From NCBI GenBank assembly GCA_946965045.2, contig OX337230.1:3968001-4032000 (forward strand): a stretch of 64,000 nt of DNA. Reading direction: 5' to 3'. Both the position numbers and the translations under genes were made by a program. Positions within the stretch are counted from its first letter, which is position 1, and the number at the start of each line of letters is the position of its first letter. This document shows, piece by piece, positions 25,348-35,904 of the stretch. The notes beneath the pieces are model-generated. The model had not been told where the DNA came from. It saw nothing but the letters and a program-made list of their open reading frames with translations, and ran no database searches. This DNA comes from Epithemia pelagica. Its lineage: Eukaryota; Protista; Bacillariophyta.

Positions 25348-26751
25348 AACCCTCGGTATCAGTGTCCACTGCTTAGCTGTTTTTTGTCTGTGCCACCTTC
25401 ATAGGTTCCCAAGTGGACACAGACAGAAAATTTCCTTTTGGACGCAAATGGAAATGACTAAATTGCAAATTGGCACGCATACCAAGCTGGAGTTTTCGCA
25501 GTTCATGAAACTGACGCATGCCCAGCAAGCGGCCCTGCGTGGATGACGGTTGCAGAATGCGCCATCCAAATTCCAAATCCCCCATAAAATCACACAGAGG
25601 CCATCACCCACAATGGCATGGCATGAATTGTCGCCTTTCATGCAGTTGAGGTAAGTTTGAACGTACAAAAATGTCTCCATGACAACAACAGCTTTTGAAC
25701 TGTCATTCTAACTTCTCCCTCACACTTGTATTCGTTTTTCTCTTCTGATATTCAACATTCGACAACTGTCTCTCTCTCTGTCCACTTCATTGAGAGTGAA
25801 TGTTTGTGCCTATGGAATGTCAATTCTCCATTCGAGCCTCGGCTTAAAATTGGAGACCACATAGAGCTTCTTTCTTTGTATACTACTCCTAGGAGTTTCT
25901 ATCAGAAGTTTATTTCCTATCTTATTGATTTTGTAAGATCGTGCGTGTTATTGCCGTGCTTTCAACCACCATGACACTCTGGTGAAGGTTTGGGGCCATC
26001 TTGAAGCAACTGATCGACTCTGTGATCGACGAAGACTAGTTTGAGTAGGCCTAGTGGCAACAAGCTGCCTTAGTTTGTTGTCATCTCTAGGTCTATGTAC
26101 TTGAGTATCCGACACACAAAGAAAGGTTCTTGATCTGTGATCGACATGGAGATGGACTAAGCAAAGCACAATGATGAGAGTAAAAATCCATGCTACAAAG
26201 ATAAGAACACAACCAACATTCAAGGAGCACTACGATTAGAGCAAGGAAAAGTTGTGGCAAACGGCCTACAATGACTTGTCCTCCGTTTGATTGCGACAAA
26301 ATCAAAGGAGCACCAACCATCAGCATTAACAGGGACAAAGATTAATGAGAGAACGTGTGAGAAAACTACGCAGGACATGAAAGAAGCTAAGAGACAAACA
26401 ACAAGCAACAAGAGAGAAAAACCAACCAAAATACTGCTTCAGGTCGCAAGGCTTCATAAAGAGCTCGCTTCATGGTCAATGTCGAATGTCGATGCTTTTG
26501 ACACCGCGTGAGATTTTTGTGACGAGACGAGAGTCGTGTGAAAGGATTCCAAATTTGAATCGTGGTCACGGTCACAGGAAGATGCTAACCGCCAACTGTC
26601 ACTTGCACACCGGCATTTCCACCAGGACGAGGAACTATATTGGTGAAAAGGACAGACGAAAAGTGAAATTTTCTGTCTGTGTCCACTTGGGAACCTATGA
26701 AGGTGGCACAGACAAAAAACAGCTAAGCAGTGGACACTGATACCGAGGGTT
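25348..26751. mobile_element. Non-autonomous DNA element with perfect 87-bp terminal inverted repeats; no TSD found
   Basis: 25348-25434 is the exact reverse complement of 26665-26751 (AACCCTCGGTATCAGTGTCCACT...). Interior has only short ORFs. Confidence 0.8.
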
Positions 26752-27044
26752 CTACATCCCGCTGAGGCAAGGGGCTTTCCCGATAATTGGGGGGAAATTC
26801 GAAGGCCATCACCCAAAAGTTTGTGACTCTCCAAAGAATACTGCTCCTAAAACTATACAGAAAAGCTATCAAACTACTCCTACCTACGAAGTTAATGGTA
26901 AGAGTACTCCGAGGTAGACCATCCAATTTAGTCCTTGTTTCGGTAAATCCTACCATTCCTTATATATTTTGATACTATCTCTATCCTTCATCGTATGCCG
27001 GTTGTTGGTTTGGTGGTCCCTCTTGTTGTTGTCGTGATTCGTTC

Positions 27045-28485
27045 TTACCACGGAATTTCCAATCCATCTTCGCAATTGATAAATTTGCCACTGGTTTCGG
27101 CCGACAAGCGTCCCGTTTCATAAAAGACTCGTTTGGCACCGACCGAGGCATCGACGGCGCCTTCCACTTCCCAAATGTGCGCATATTTGGCCGTCATGCC
27201 CGTCTTGTTAAAGCCCGGATGCAAAATTCCCACCCAAATGCCCTTGCTCTTGACTTCTTGGGCCAACAGGGCCGACATCATGTTGGCCGCCGCCTTGGAC
27301 ATCTGTCACACAAGTGGTGGCAGTGGTGATTTTTCAACAGGTTTTGAAACAACAACAACCACAAGAGAATGTGCAAGTGTGTGAGAAACTATGAGTGGCC
27401 ACCTGGCGGCATGTGTCATACACAGCCACACACTCGCAAATACCAAACAACCATCCTGATACTACTCTATACTACGTACATGATGTCCATAATCAGTGCC
27501 TTCTGGATTTTGCACGGGTCGCCACGAGACGGATCCGCCTTGCGAGGTAATCATGATAATTTTGGATCCCTCTTGCAACAAGCCGCCCTTGAGCAAACTG
27601 GCCGTCACCCGCAAGGGACCACACGCACAAATGTCAATCGTCTTGAGTTGTTCGGGAAAATTCAAGGTTTCCAAGGTTTCCACCGCCTCAATGAAATATC
27701 CAGCATTGTTAATGAGCTATTATATATATATTCGATGGTCGAAATGGCCACAACCACCACAACCAAGAACAAAAAAAAGCAGAAATAGAAAAAAAACAGG
27801 AGCACCAAACAAAACAGTGTCAGATCCAAGAACCGCAGACAGTCGTCGAGAGTGGAGTGGTTCGGGCCACATGCGTATGGCAGAGTGCGGGTGGAGTTGC
27901 GGCGCGTATCGGAGACGACGCGTCCCCACAGATACAGACGCACAGTCTCTTTGTTTCCTCGCAGGATCCACAATCGACACACACACATGCAATTGTACGT
28001 ACAATATCAACCGGTCCTCCCGTGATTTGACTGGCAATGCTTTCGCATTGAGCATCGTTGGTGACATCAATGCCTTGAACAATTTCCACCGGCTTTAATG
28101 CTTCGAGTTCGGGCGAGGAGGATCGGACAATGGCAATGAGTTGTCCACCCGCCTCGACCAATTCCGTCGCCAAGGCCAATCCAATGCCGCGATTAGCACC
28201 GGTAATGGCCACCCGTTTGCCCTTGAGAAAGGACGAATCGTAAACGGTTGTAATATCCAAATATCGTTGATTTTGATCCGCCTTGGCTTGGGCAAAGCGA
28301 GCCGGTTGATCCGGATCCGAATAGACGGGAGCCGATGACATGGACAGGCTTGTCGTCGTAGATGGAGAGGATCGCGAGGTTGTCGTAGCAGCAACCGTAA
28401 AAGCGTGGCAAGTGGTGGTAAGAACAAACGAGACAAGAACAAAGAGGAATCCAGTAAATGTCTTGAGATGGCTTGTGGTCGTCAT
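27045..28485 (-). CDS. Short-chain dehydrogenase/reductase, CsgA/C-factor-like, putatively plastid-targeted, 3 exons
   Basis: ITGANRGIGL, INNAG, ITSQGGS, YGHHMSKAA (YxxxK-type across an intron), LHPGFNKT. Presequence ...TTCHA-FTVAATT. Confidence 0.88.
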
Positions 28486-29074
28486 GTTGTTCTGGTTTGG
28501 TGCTTTGTTTTGTAGAATGGCCTTTGATTGGATCGAAAGATCTCTCTCGCAACTCTCAAAACAATAACTGACACTCACACAAACACACCTTATAGGAGTA
28601 GTAGTATGTATTGAATATTGGATGACGATGGATCTGGGATGCGGCTGATGTGTCTGGGATTGCGATGGATCTTTTTTCTTTTTGTGTTGGAAACTCTTGC
28701 TTTCTTGTGTCATGTGTGTGACGTACTATTGCTCTCCCCCCGAAAACCCCCGAAACATGTATCCTTCCCCTCTTTTTCATGCAAGTCAGCCTTCCAAGAG
28801 GGGGTGTCAAACTGTCAGACTACCAGTAGTGGACCTGGGTTGCATTACTCCTACTCCTAGCTTGAAAAAAAATACATTGTGACTGACAACCTGGAACCAC
28901 ACAATGGTCGTTTTGGGCAATTTGAAACATTCGCATTGCTGCTGGGCGACACCTGTCGTTCGGGCCCGGAGAAAACTCCATGGTGGTGATCCTATAATAG
29001 TGGTCCTGAGGAGCTGCTGGTGATACTTCTACGAATAAAGAAGCTTGCGGTGATGCATGGTCCTCTATTCAACT

Positions 29075-29833
29075 CTATTCTTTTCTATATTGAAATCCCT
29101 GCGGACGACTCTGCAATCGTTGGGAGGCCGCCTCCCATTCGGGTGTATTCACGGGATGATCGATCACCATGCCGGTCGCTTGCATAAAGGCATAGCAGGT
29201 TGTGGGACCGACAAATTTCCATCCACGTTTCTTCAAGGCTTTGGACATGGCCACACTTTCGGGAGAGGTTGTTGGAAAGTCTTGAAGGAGGGTTTTCAAT
29301 GGTGTGTCGTCGTCCTCCTCGGTCCTCTCCAAGGCGAACGAATTGAGAATGGGCTTGTTCTCGACAAAGGACCACAAGAAAGCATCCAAGGCACCATGTT
29401 GAAAAGCATCCGTGGTGTCGTTATGCTCGGGTTGTTCTTGTTGGAGTTGTAACAAGCACTTGGCATTGCGAAGGACGGCTTGAATCTTGCCGCGGTGTCG
29501 AACAATGACATATCGTCCTCCTCTGGTACGAGTCTTGTCGGGTTCTTGGTCCAACAGTCGTTGCACATCGTCGTCCGTCATTTGGGCAATCGAGTGGGGA
29601 TCAAACTGCCCAAAGGCTTGGCGATAGGCCTCTCGTTTGCGCAAAATAGTCAGCCAGGACAAGCCGGCTTGGGCGCCTTCCAAACACAGCAATTTAAACA
29701 AGGCTTGATCACCTCGCACTTCCTGGCTCCATTCATTGGCCATGTACTTATTGTATTCCTCATCGCCCTTGGTAAAACAATCGTACCACGGGCGATGATG
29801 ATGGTCGTTGTCGTTGGGTGGTATACTAGACAC
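29075..29833 (-). CDS. tag: DNA-3-methyladenine glycosylase I (TAG family), intronless
   Basis: LFKLLCLEGAQAGLSWLTILRKREAYRQAF, RHRGKIQAV, SKALKKRGWKFVGPTTCYAFMQATGMVIDH. Confidence 0.93.
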   Translation of the reverse strand: MSSIPPNDNDHHHRPWYDCFTKGDEEYNKYMANEWSQEVRGDQALFKLLCLEGAQAGLSWLTILRKREAYRQAFGQFDPHSIAQMTDDDVQRLLDQEPDKTRTRGGRYVIVRHRGKIQAVLRNAKCLLQLQQEQPEHNDTTDAFQHGALDAFLWSFVENKPILNSFALERTEEDDDTPLKTLLQDFPTTSPESVAMSKALKKRGWKFVGPTTCYAFMQATGMVIDHPVNTPEWEAASQRLQSRPQGFQYRKE

Positions 29834-30312
29834 TGGATGGGTCTCGTCCTCCTTCTTCGTCTGGGGTTTGGGGTCTCTTTTCGACGTCGTTGTTGTGCTC
29901 GGTTTTGTTTTCTTGGTGGGGGGACTTGCGGCGGCGGCATCGGACTAGGACCGACGCGCACGAATTCGTAGTACTGGTTACCGTTCGTAGTACGGCATGG
30001 TGGTGATTGTTGGCACCATGTTTGGCAGCTGCCAGCTGGAGCGATGGATGCGCCCCTGCCGAGGAAGAAGAACGGGAGGACACGGGCATTGTTGTGTAGC
30101 CGTAATAAGTGCCGGGAACCAATAACAACGGCAGAGCACTGGGAGAACAAAAAAAATCTCCACAACAAGGCCTCGCATCTCTCCATCTCCGCGTTGGAAT
30201 GAACTTTTTGTGGAAAGTAGAACGACGAAACTCTTTTGGATTCTCGACAGAAATTGTGTTTTCTTTTATCTGGTGTACCTCGAGAACGTCGACGAAACTT
30301 CCCAATTACAAA

Positions 30313-32229
30313 CGAGATGGGTCGCGTTTGGAAAGTCGACGCACCAAGACACACATAGATCCATGAAACATCCTTCAGCAAAAATAGGAACGAAACAAGA
30401 CTACCTAGTGAAGAAACGGACAATATATCTGATCCAGAGAGACCGTTGATGAGTTGAGGGGAGCCACCCAGTCAAACGGATTCGAACAACAAGAGTCATC
30501 GAGGAGGACAACGTTGTGACAGAGAGTGGACGGTCATCGGAAAATGGCAAATAGTTCCATTAGTATCTTTTTGGCAACCACAGAATTCGTTCCTACTAGA
30601 GTCTGCTGCAACACGTTCCGGAACGTGTCACGGATTCTCTCTCCGTCGTCTGTTGGAATGAATTTTTGTCTTTGCCGACGAAAAACCCATGCACCGTACC
30701 AAACGCCCCAGTGCCATTCCACGGCAACCACACCGATCTCCGAGGAGAGGAGCGGAATCCAACGGAAAAAAGCTTGTAAAAAAAGACAGTGCGTCTACGA
30801 CAACTCAATCTGCCTCGGCGGGCCATCTGAAGGCTTCCTCTGTTGCAGCTGTTCATACGAGGGAGAGAACTCCAATTGAGGTAGCAAGCATTCGAGGACG
30901 TCCATGAAAGTTGCTTCCATTTCTTCTTCTTCGTCCATGAAATCTAAACTATGAGATGTACCATGCATCGTTTTCCTTGTACCACCGGCACCTTCAGAAC
31001 TTCTAGAATCGTGGCTTTCCTGCGGAAGACCATCATTACAAGAACGGACCTGCTTCTTCTCGGGGCTGCCAGACGAACCTCTTTTGTTGTTGCCTCCGTC
31101 GTCGTTACTATCTCCTTCATCTTCTCCTTCATCTTCTCCTTCACCCTTTTCCATGATTGCACCACCTTCCATGCGTTGGGGGAACATTTGATTCCAGGAT
31201 GCACGATTTAGAAAGTCTGTCGGAGCTGAGGAAGCATCCGGGGCCTTCATCATGTGGCGGATAAGATAGTTTGCTTCCCCTTTAGAAGTTGCTGCGTATT
31301 CCATAAGAGCATTTTTCTTTCTGCTGAACCAATAGAAGTTCCATCTTGGACCAAGATCCGTCATGATTGTGAGAATGCCTGTATCTTTGTTCAGAAAACT
31401 AGCTGACAGATGCTGTAGAACAACCTGACGATGAATCTCTTCGGTGGCGTTGTTCTCTTGTTTCTTCAGTTCGATGGCAGCCCACATGTGTCTTTTAGCT
31501 GTGTGGATTCCTTGATGTCGGTTTGCAGCCATCACGACATCAATATTGCCTCTTGTCTTAATGCCAGATGGTAAAAACCTAACGGACAAGAAAGCACCGG
31601 ACTTGGCTGCATCAAAAAGCTTGCTTCCGTCAGGGAGACATAAATTGGAACTTCTGAGGTAGGCCATGTACTGGCTACGATTGTCTTTGGAATCCTCATT
31701 TTTAGTAGCATCCCAATAAAACGGAGCCATGTTCGTGCCTAGCTCATCGCATGCTCGCTTTGTGTCCTCATCCGGTTCCCAATCTGGTGCATCGGGTACA
31801 ATTCCAATCGCATCGATGGCTCTATTGAATCCTGATACCGACGGGTTGGAGATAACTAGAGTTTTTTCCTCCTCCTGTTGTAGCTTCACCCAAGTGTAAA
31901 TGGAGTTAATTTGCGCAGGCGTATCCAATTCGCTCGTGTCGTCTTCCCACTCCGCCGCGTCCCTTTGAAAATGAAAATTAGACGGCCTCTGCAGAAACAC
32001 AGTCAAATACAGAGGTGCATGTGCCGTCAAGGGACGTGGTAAATTAAAAAAAATGATGTGAGGGCTTCAGTTTGTTGACTCTTGGATGGCGTCATGCGAA
32101 ATAGATTGTTGTTCCTGCGGTCATGTAGTTCAATACTAGCCATCCGTCTCGAAAATAGGTGAAGTAGGCAAAGAGAGATTCGAATCTCAACATCGAATAC
32201 AGATACACAATCACAAATTCAAACTCACT
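30313..32229. repeat. 1.9-kb direct segmental duplication, copy 1 (copy 2 is 53720-55631)
   Basis: Near-identical sequence from CGAGATGGGTCGCG to the splice donor; only a handful of substitutions and small indels seen. Confidence 0.97.
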
Positions 32230-32459
32230 TGTGCCTCCTTTTCTTCGCTGGTTCTTTCTGCCTTTCGGAGACGAATAATATATCGATTGAGTCTCCTTCG
32301 CGCAAAGAAATCGGTAACATTTAATGCGTCATATACTTCAGTCATATTTTCATGTTCAGGATCAAATTGCTCAAGGGGTATGCCAGTACCAGATCCATCT
32401 TTATATGCTGCAGCTGCTTTTTTCCATCGCCGTTCCTCATCTGTTGTTTCCATTTCCAT
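30795..32459 (-). CDS. Crinkler(CR)-like effector A: helical SAM-like header exon + REase-fold (PD-(D/E)xK) exon
   Basis: Exon 1 is 32459-32229 (77 codons), phase-0 intron 32228-31989, exon 2 is 31988-30795. Motifs FYWDATKNEDS..NR.QYMAYL, RGNIDVV...IELKK...RQVVLQ...LTIMTDLG.RWNFYWF resemble CRN C-terminal nuclease-fold domains as recalled. Confidence 0.75.
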
Positions 32460-32932
32460 GGTTGCTGTCTTCGGTTTGATTGCCGCTCCATGTAAATTTT
32501 GCGGAGGAAAGCTCTATATCCGGGTTGGATTGGCCTTTCTCCGCAAATCATGCTGCGCACATCGCACATGCTCGAGCATGCTCCGCGCGTCCGATTACAT
32601 GCCCACTGAGCCTGAGGCCGGTCCTTAAACCCAAATGACTCTACGGGAGTATGGATAGCGCGCAGCGGGTCGACTACTCGTAGACCGAAAGTTCAAAGTT
32701 ACAAAGTTGCAAATTTAAAACTTTTAATTTTTGAATAAGCTACTTCGGCGAAGTCCGTTCTAAACTACTCCTACTAGCAACTAGTAGATGGTGGCCGTGA
32801 AGACCGCCCTTCTTCTCCAGCTAGGTACTCCTAGTCCACTGGGCAATCTAAACCAAGTTAGGTCTATATTCATTTGGATGGTTTGGACACTTTATTCAAC
32901 ATTCACAAATCGTTCAATCAATTTCTCCATGA

Positions 32933-35030
32933 TATCAGCGTTCACACAATGAACATGCGCCTCCTCCAAACTCAGCACAGCACATACAAGTTCACGATTG
33001 ACCTCGCACCACATCCTACGAATACATCTAGTCATAATTTCCAAATTTGTAAAACACTCACTACACAGATTTCATTCGTCCCTAGCAGTTTACATACTGT
33101 CAACCGGATTGGACCGATCGACCATGGGAACCTCCACTATTGGAACGGCCGCCTCGTTCGGAACTCCCACGAACAACTCATCGGAGAAACCGTACCTCCA
33201 TTTAACAATGAGAGGTTATGAGCCCAAGCGGTCTCACTGGGCTTTAACCGTGTTCCCTTTACTTTTGTTTTTATACTTCACGATGAAGTTTGATTTACTT
33301 ATCAGTTCAATCGCGATGCGACAGGCTTTACAATTGCCTGAATCCAAAATGCGAACCGAACCACCTCTCGACGGGATCAAGTGGGAGTCAACGTTGCAGT
33401 TGCACATGCATCCGAATACTTTCTGGTCACCCAACCAAATCGCTTCGTTGCCCTTACCTTTACGATTACCTGCACGATCACTTGCACCAACACTCACTTT
33501 TTGGACGAATCCAAAACAGTTACGTGCCAATTGCTTTACGTCGTTTCCATCTACCTCTACGATCACCATGAAGATCCCGACTCCGGTTTCAACCCCCAAG
33601 AAGTCCTCTGGGACGGCCTCCTTTACGGCGGATACCACAATCAATGGTATCTCGTTGACTGCTACGAAAAGTCGCAACTTCGACTTGGGCGCCTTTGCTG
33701 ACACGATTACCCCTGCTTACCGCAGTAGCTTGTCCGGGAAGACGTTGTTTGATTTTCGCAACGATGCTGTTGTTGGTTTGACTCCTCCCTTCAGTTTCTC
33801 TTGGGCCGTCGTCAGTACGACCGATGACAAGTCGTTCTTCCAAGACAACAACAAGACGATGATGCAACTCTACTCCCTCAAGGCCCGGTTGACGACCTAC
33901 TGCATGCATTCGGTTTTTGACATCCTACCTGTCGATCCGGATACCGGCGTGCTTGATTCTTCCGGTGGAACTTTGAACTTGCTGGAACATGCCTGTTCGA
34001 TCTCTGAAGCCCAGGTTCGTCTCAGCAGCCAAATTTATGCTGAACGTACTACGGACAACCTGCATCCGCAGAACTTGTCTTGGACCCAGGATTTACTTTT
34101 GGCCTCTTGCGATGGCACGCTTCGGGCAGACCTCGAGAATCGCTTGGTGACTATTCCCGATAACGAACAAGGTGGGCCCTTGGTTTTACACATGGTCTTG
34201 TCCCAGTTACTCATGACTACAAGTGAAGCAGCCCGTGGAATCGTCCGTCGTTTGGAGAAACACAAGGTGACTGACTATCCAGGCAAAAATATCACTCAGT
34301 TTTGTTGTACGTTTAACAACGTGGTTCTACGCCTTAGTTTGAGCGGTCATATTCCATCTGACATCTGTGGGATTTTCCAAGAGCGCCTTCTCACTTGCAC
34401 CGTCCCGAAGTTCCTCAGCATGATGGAGTATCTCAACAACGACGACGATCCCATCCTTCAAGACTTTTTCGGTTTACGAGAACGCGTCGTCGCCAAGTAT
34501 CAGTCGCTCCTTCTCTCGGAGAAATGGTTGCCTACAACTACTTCTGGTAGTGCAGCCTTTCCAGCCTTGACCGAAACGAAGAAGACTGGCGTCCTTAATG
34601 ATGGATCCAAAGGCAAACGTCCTCCCGTTCCCATCGATACTACACCTCCGGCCGACGGCGAAGACAACTGGAAATTCCATCCAACGAACCCCAAGCGTAA
34701 ATTGTGGTGGTGCGCACTCTGTCCCAATGGGACTCCAACTGGCACGGGCCGTTGGGGCAACCATAGTACCGATCGTCATGATCCCACCAAGGTTAAGCGT
34801 AAATCCTCTGAGACGCCTTCAGCTCCAGCTGCTAACACGGCCTCAGATGCTGGACCTTCCGACTCTCCCACTGCTGCACCGTCTGCCTCGTCGACTACTG
34901 GGGACGATGCTGCACCACCGACCTATGCCAACGTTGCCTTGACCTCCTTGCGTGATTTTCGCTAGGGCGGGTGTTTCTCCAGCACTCCAATGCCCTCTAT
35001 CCCCCTTGGTTGGATACCTTGTTTTGTTGG
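32933..35030 (+). mobile_element. Truncated Copia (CoDi-like) LTR retrotransposon: 5' LTR, PBS and gag; pol missing
   Basis: LTR 32933-33213 (starts TATCAGCG) is homologous to the LTR at 46125-46392. PBS GGTTATGAGCCC at 33214. gag ORF ends at 34965 and is closely similar to 44367..46220. Homology stops at about 35030. Confidence 0.9.
33124..34965 (+). CDS. Copia gag-like protein with zinc-knuckle-like WWCALCP...H motif
   Basis: Closely similar to the gag of the intact element; ATG lies inside the LTR. Confidence 0.8.
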   Translation: MGTSTIGTAASFGTPTNNSSEKPYLHLTMRGYEPKRSHWALTVFPLLLFLYFTMKFDLLISSIAMRQALQLPESKMRTEPPLDGIKWESTLQLHMHPNTFWSPNQIASLPLPLRLPARSLAPTLTFWTNPKQLRANCFTSFPSTSTITMKIPTPVSTPKKSSGTASFTADTTINGISLTATKSRNFDLGAFADTITPAYRSSLSGKTLFDFRNDAVVGLTPPFSFSWAVVSTTDDKSFFQDNNKTMMQLYSLKARLTTYCMHSVFDILPVDPDTGVLDSSGGTLNLLEHACSISEAQVRLSSQIYAERTTDNLHPQNLSWTQDLLLASCDGTLRADLENRLVTIPDNEQGGPLVLHMVLSQLLMTTSEAARGIVRRLEKHKVTDYPGKNITQFCCTFNNVVLRLSLSGHIPSDICGIFQERLLTCTVPKFLSMMEYLNNDDDPILQDFFGLRERVVAKYQSLLLSEKWLPTTTSGSAAFPALTETKKTGVLNDGSKGKRPPVPIDTTPPADGEDNWKFHPTNPKRKLWWCALCPNGTPTGTGRWGNHSTDRHDPTKVKRKSSETPSAPAANTASDAGPSDSPTAAPSASSTTGDDAAPPTYANVALTSLRDFR

Positions 35031-35040
35031 ATCTGTAGCC

Positions 35041-35106
35041 GTTGTATTCTTGCTGATTGGAGAGTAGTAAAGGTTTGCCATCAACAGTGATTAGCTTGCC
35101 CTCCAT
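35041..35106 (-). pseudogene. Truncated CR header exon (ubiquitin-like type), 22 codons
   Basis: MEGKLITVDGKPLLLSNQQEYN aligns with MARKRIIVDGKPVQLSNHQEYN at 55813 and 58748; similar TTGGAAC(A/G)xCACCATGG start context. Confidence 0.75.
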
Positions 35107-35429
35107 GGTGTTGTTCCAATCTTTCTGTGGTACTCCTAATTACCTTTTCACCAAAAACCTATTCATTTCGCCGACTCACGAGGGAGTGTGAGGTTTCCTA
35201 TCTCCTATCACCGAACTGCTGACGTTCCCTACTCTTCCTTCATATTCCCCTACAATACGACTCATTCTACATCTCTCGGTTTCAGTTGTACTGTTTTCAG
35301 TTTTGCTGACGTCACTGTAGAGATTAAAGTATTCCCATTAATCTGTTCGTCTGAGTTCAGTATGAACGGGACGGGTGGGCCGTAAGGCTTGGGGTCTGGG
35401 GTGGGAATTTCCAGGAAGACCAGCTGTAA

Positions 35430-35904
35430 GGCCGTTCCTTACGCCAAACCAAACCAAACCTGAATCCTCAAATTTCACCATCATGACGCCATATATCCGG
35501 GTATTTTGGCTTTTCAGGTTTGGTTCAGATTATTTTGAACCAAACCTGATATCAGGTTTGGTTCAGATTGGCGCGTTTACCAAACCTGAAACACACTAGG
35601 GATAAAGTTTTCGTTATACTAATGTACACCTTTCATACAGTTTCGAATTCGACTTGGCATGCGTGCGTTGAACTCCAACGGTCACACGTCCCCCTATCTC
35701 TAATGAAATGAGACGACATGTCCTGTGTACGATGGAATTCTTTTAGTATTCAATTTAATGAAGTCAAATGGGGGAAGTTGGGGGACGAAGCGCGGTCTCT
35801 GACTTTGGTTTGGTTGAGTGTAAGGACGGCAAATCGCACCTTTTTCCAAACAAATCCTGGAAAGGTCTTCACAGGTTTGGTTTGGTTCGGCGTAAGGAAC
35901 GGCC
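35430..35904. mobile_element. PIF/Harbinger-type MITE (Tourist-like), 475 bp
   Basis: TIR GGCCGTTCCTTACGCC(A/G)AACCAAACCAAACCTG at both ends; 3-bp TSD TAA at 35427-35429 and 35905-35907. Confidence 0.9.

Noticed and set aside
25399-25680. Cys-rich ORF inside the TIR element as a transposase zinc-finger remnant
   Set aside because: Cys spacing does not convincingly match a known transposase motif and no DDE core is visible.
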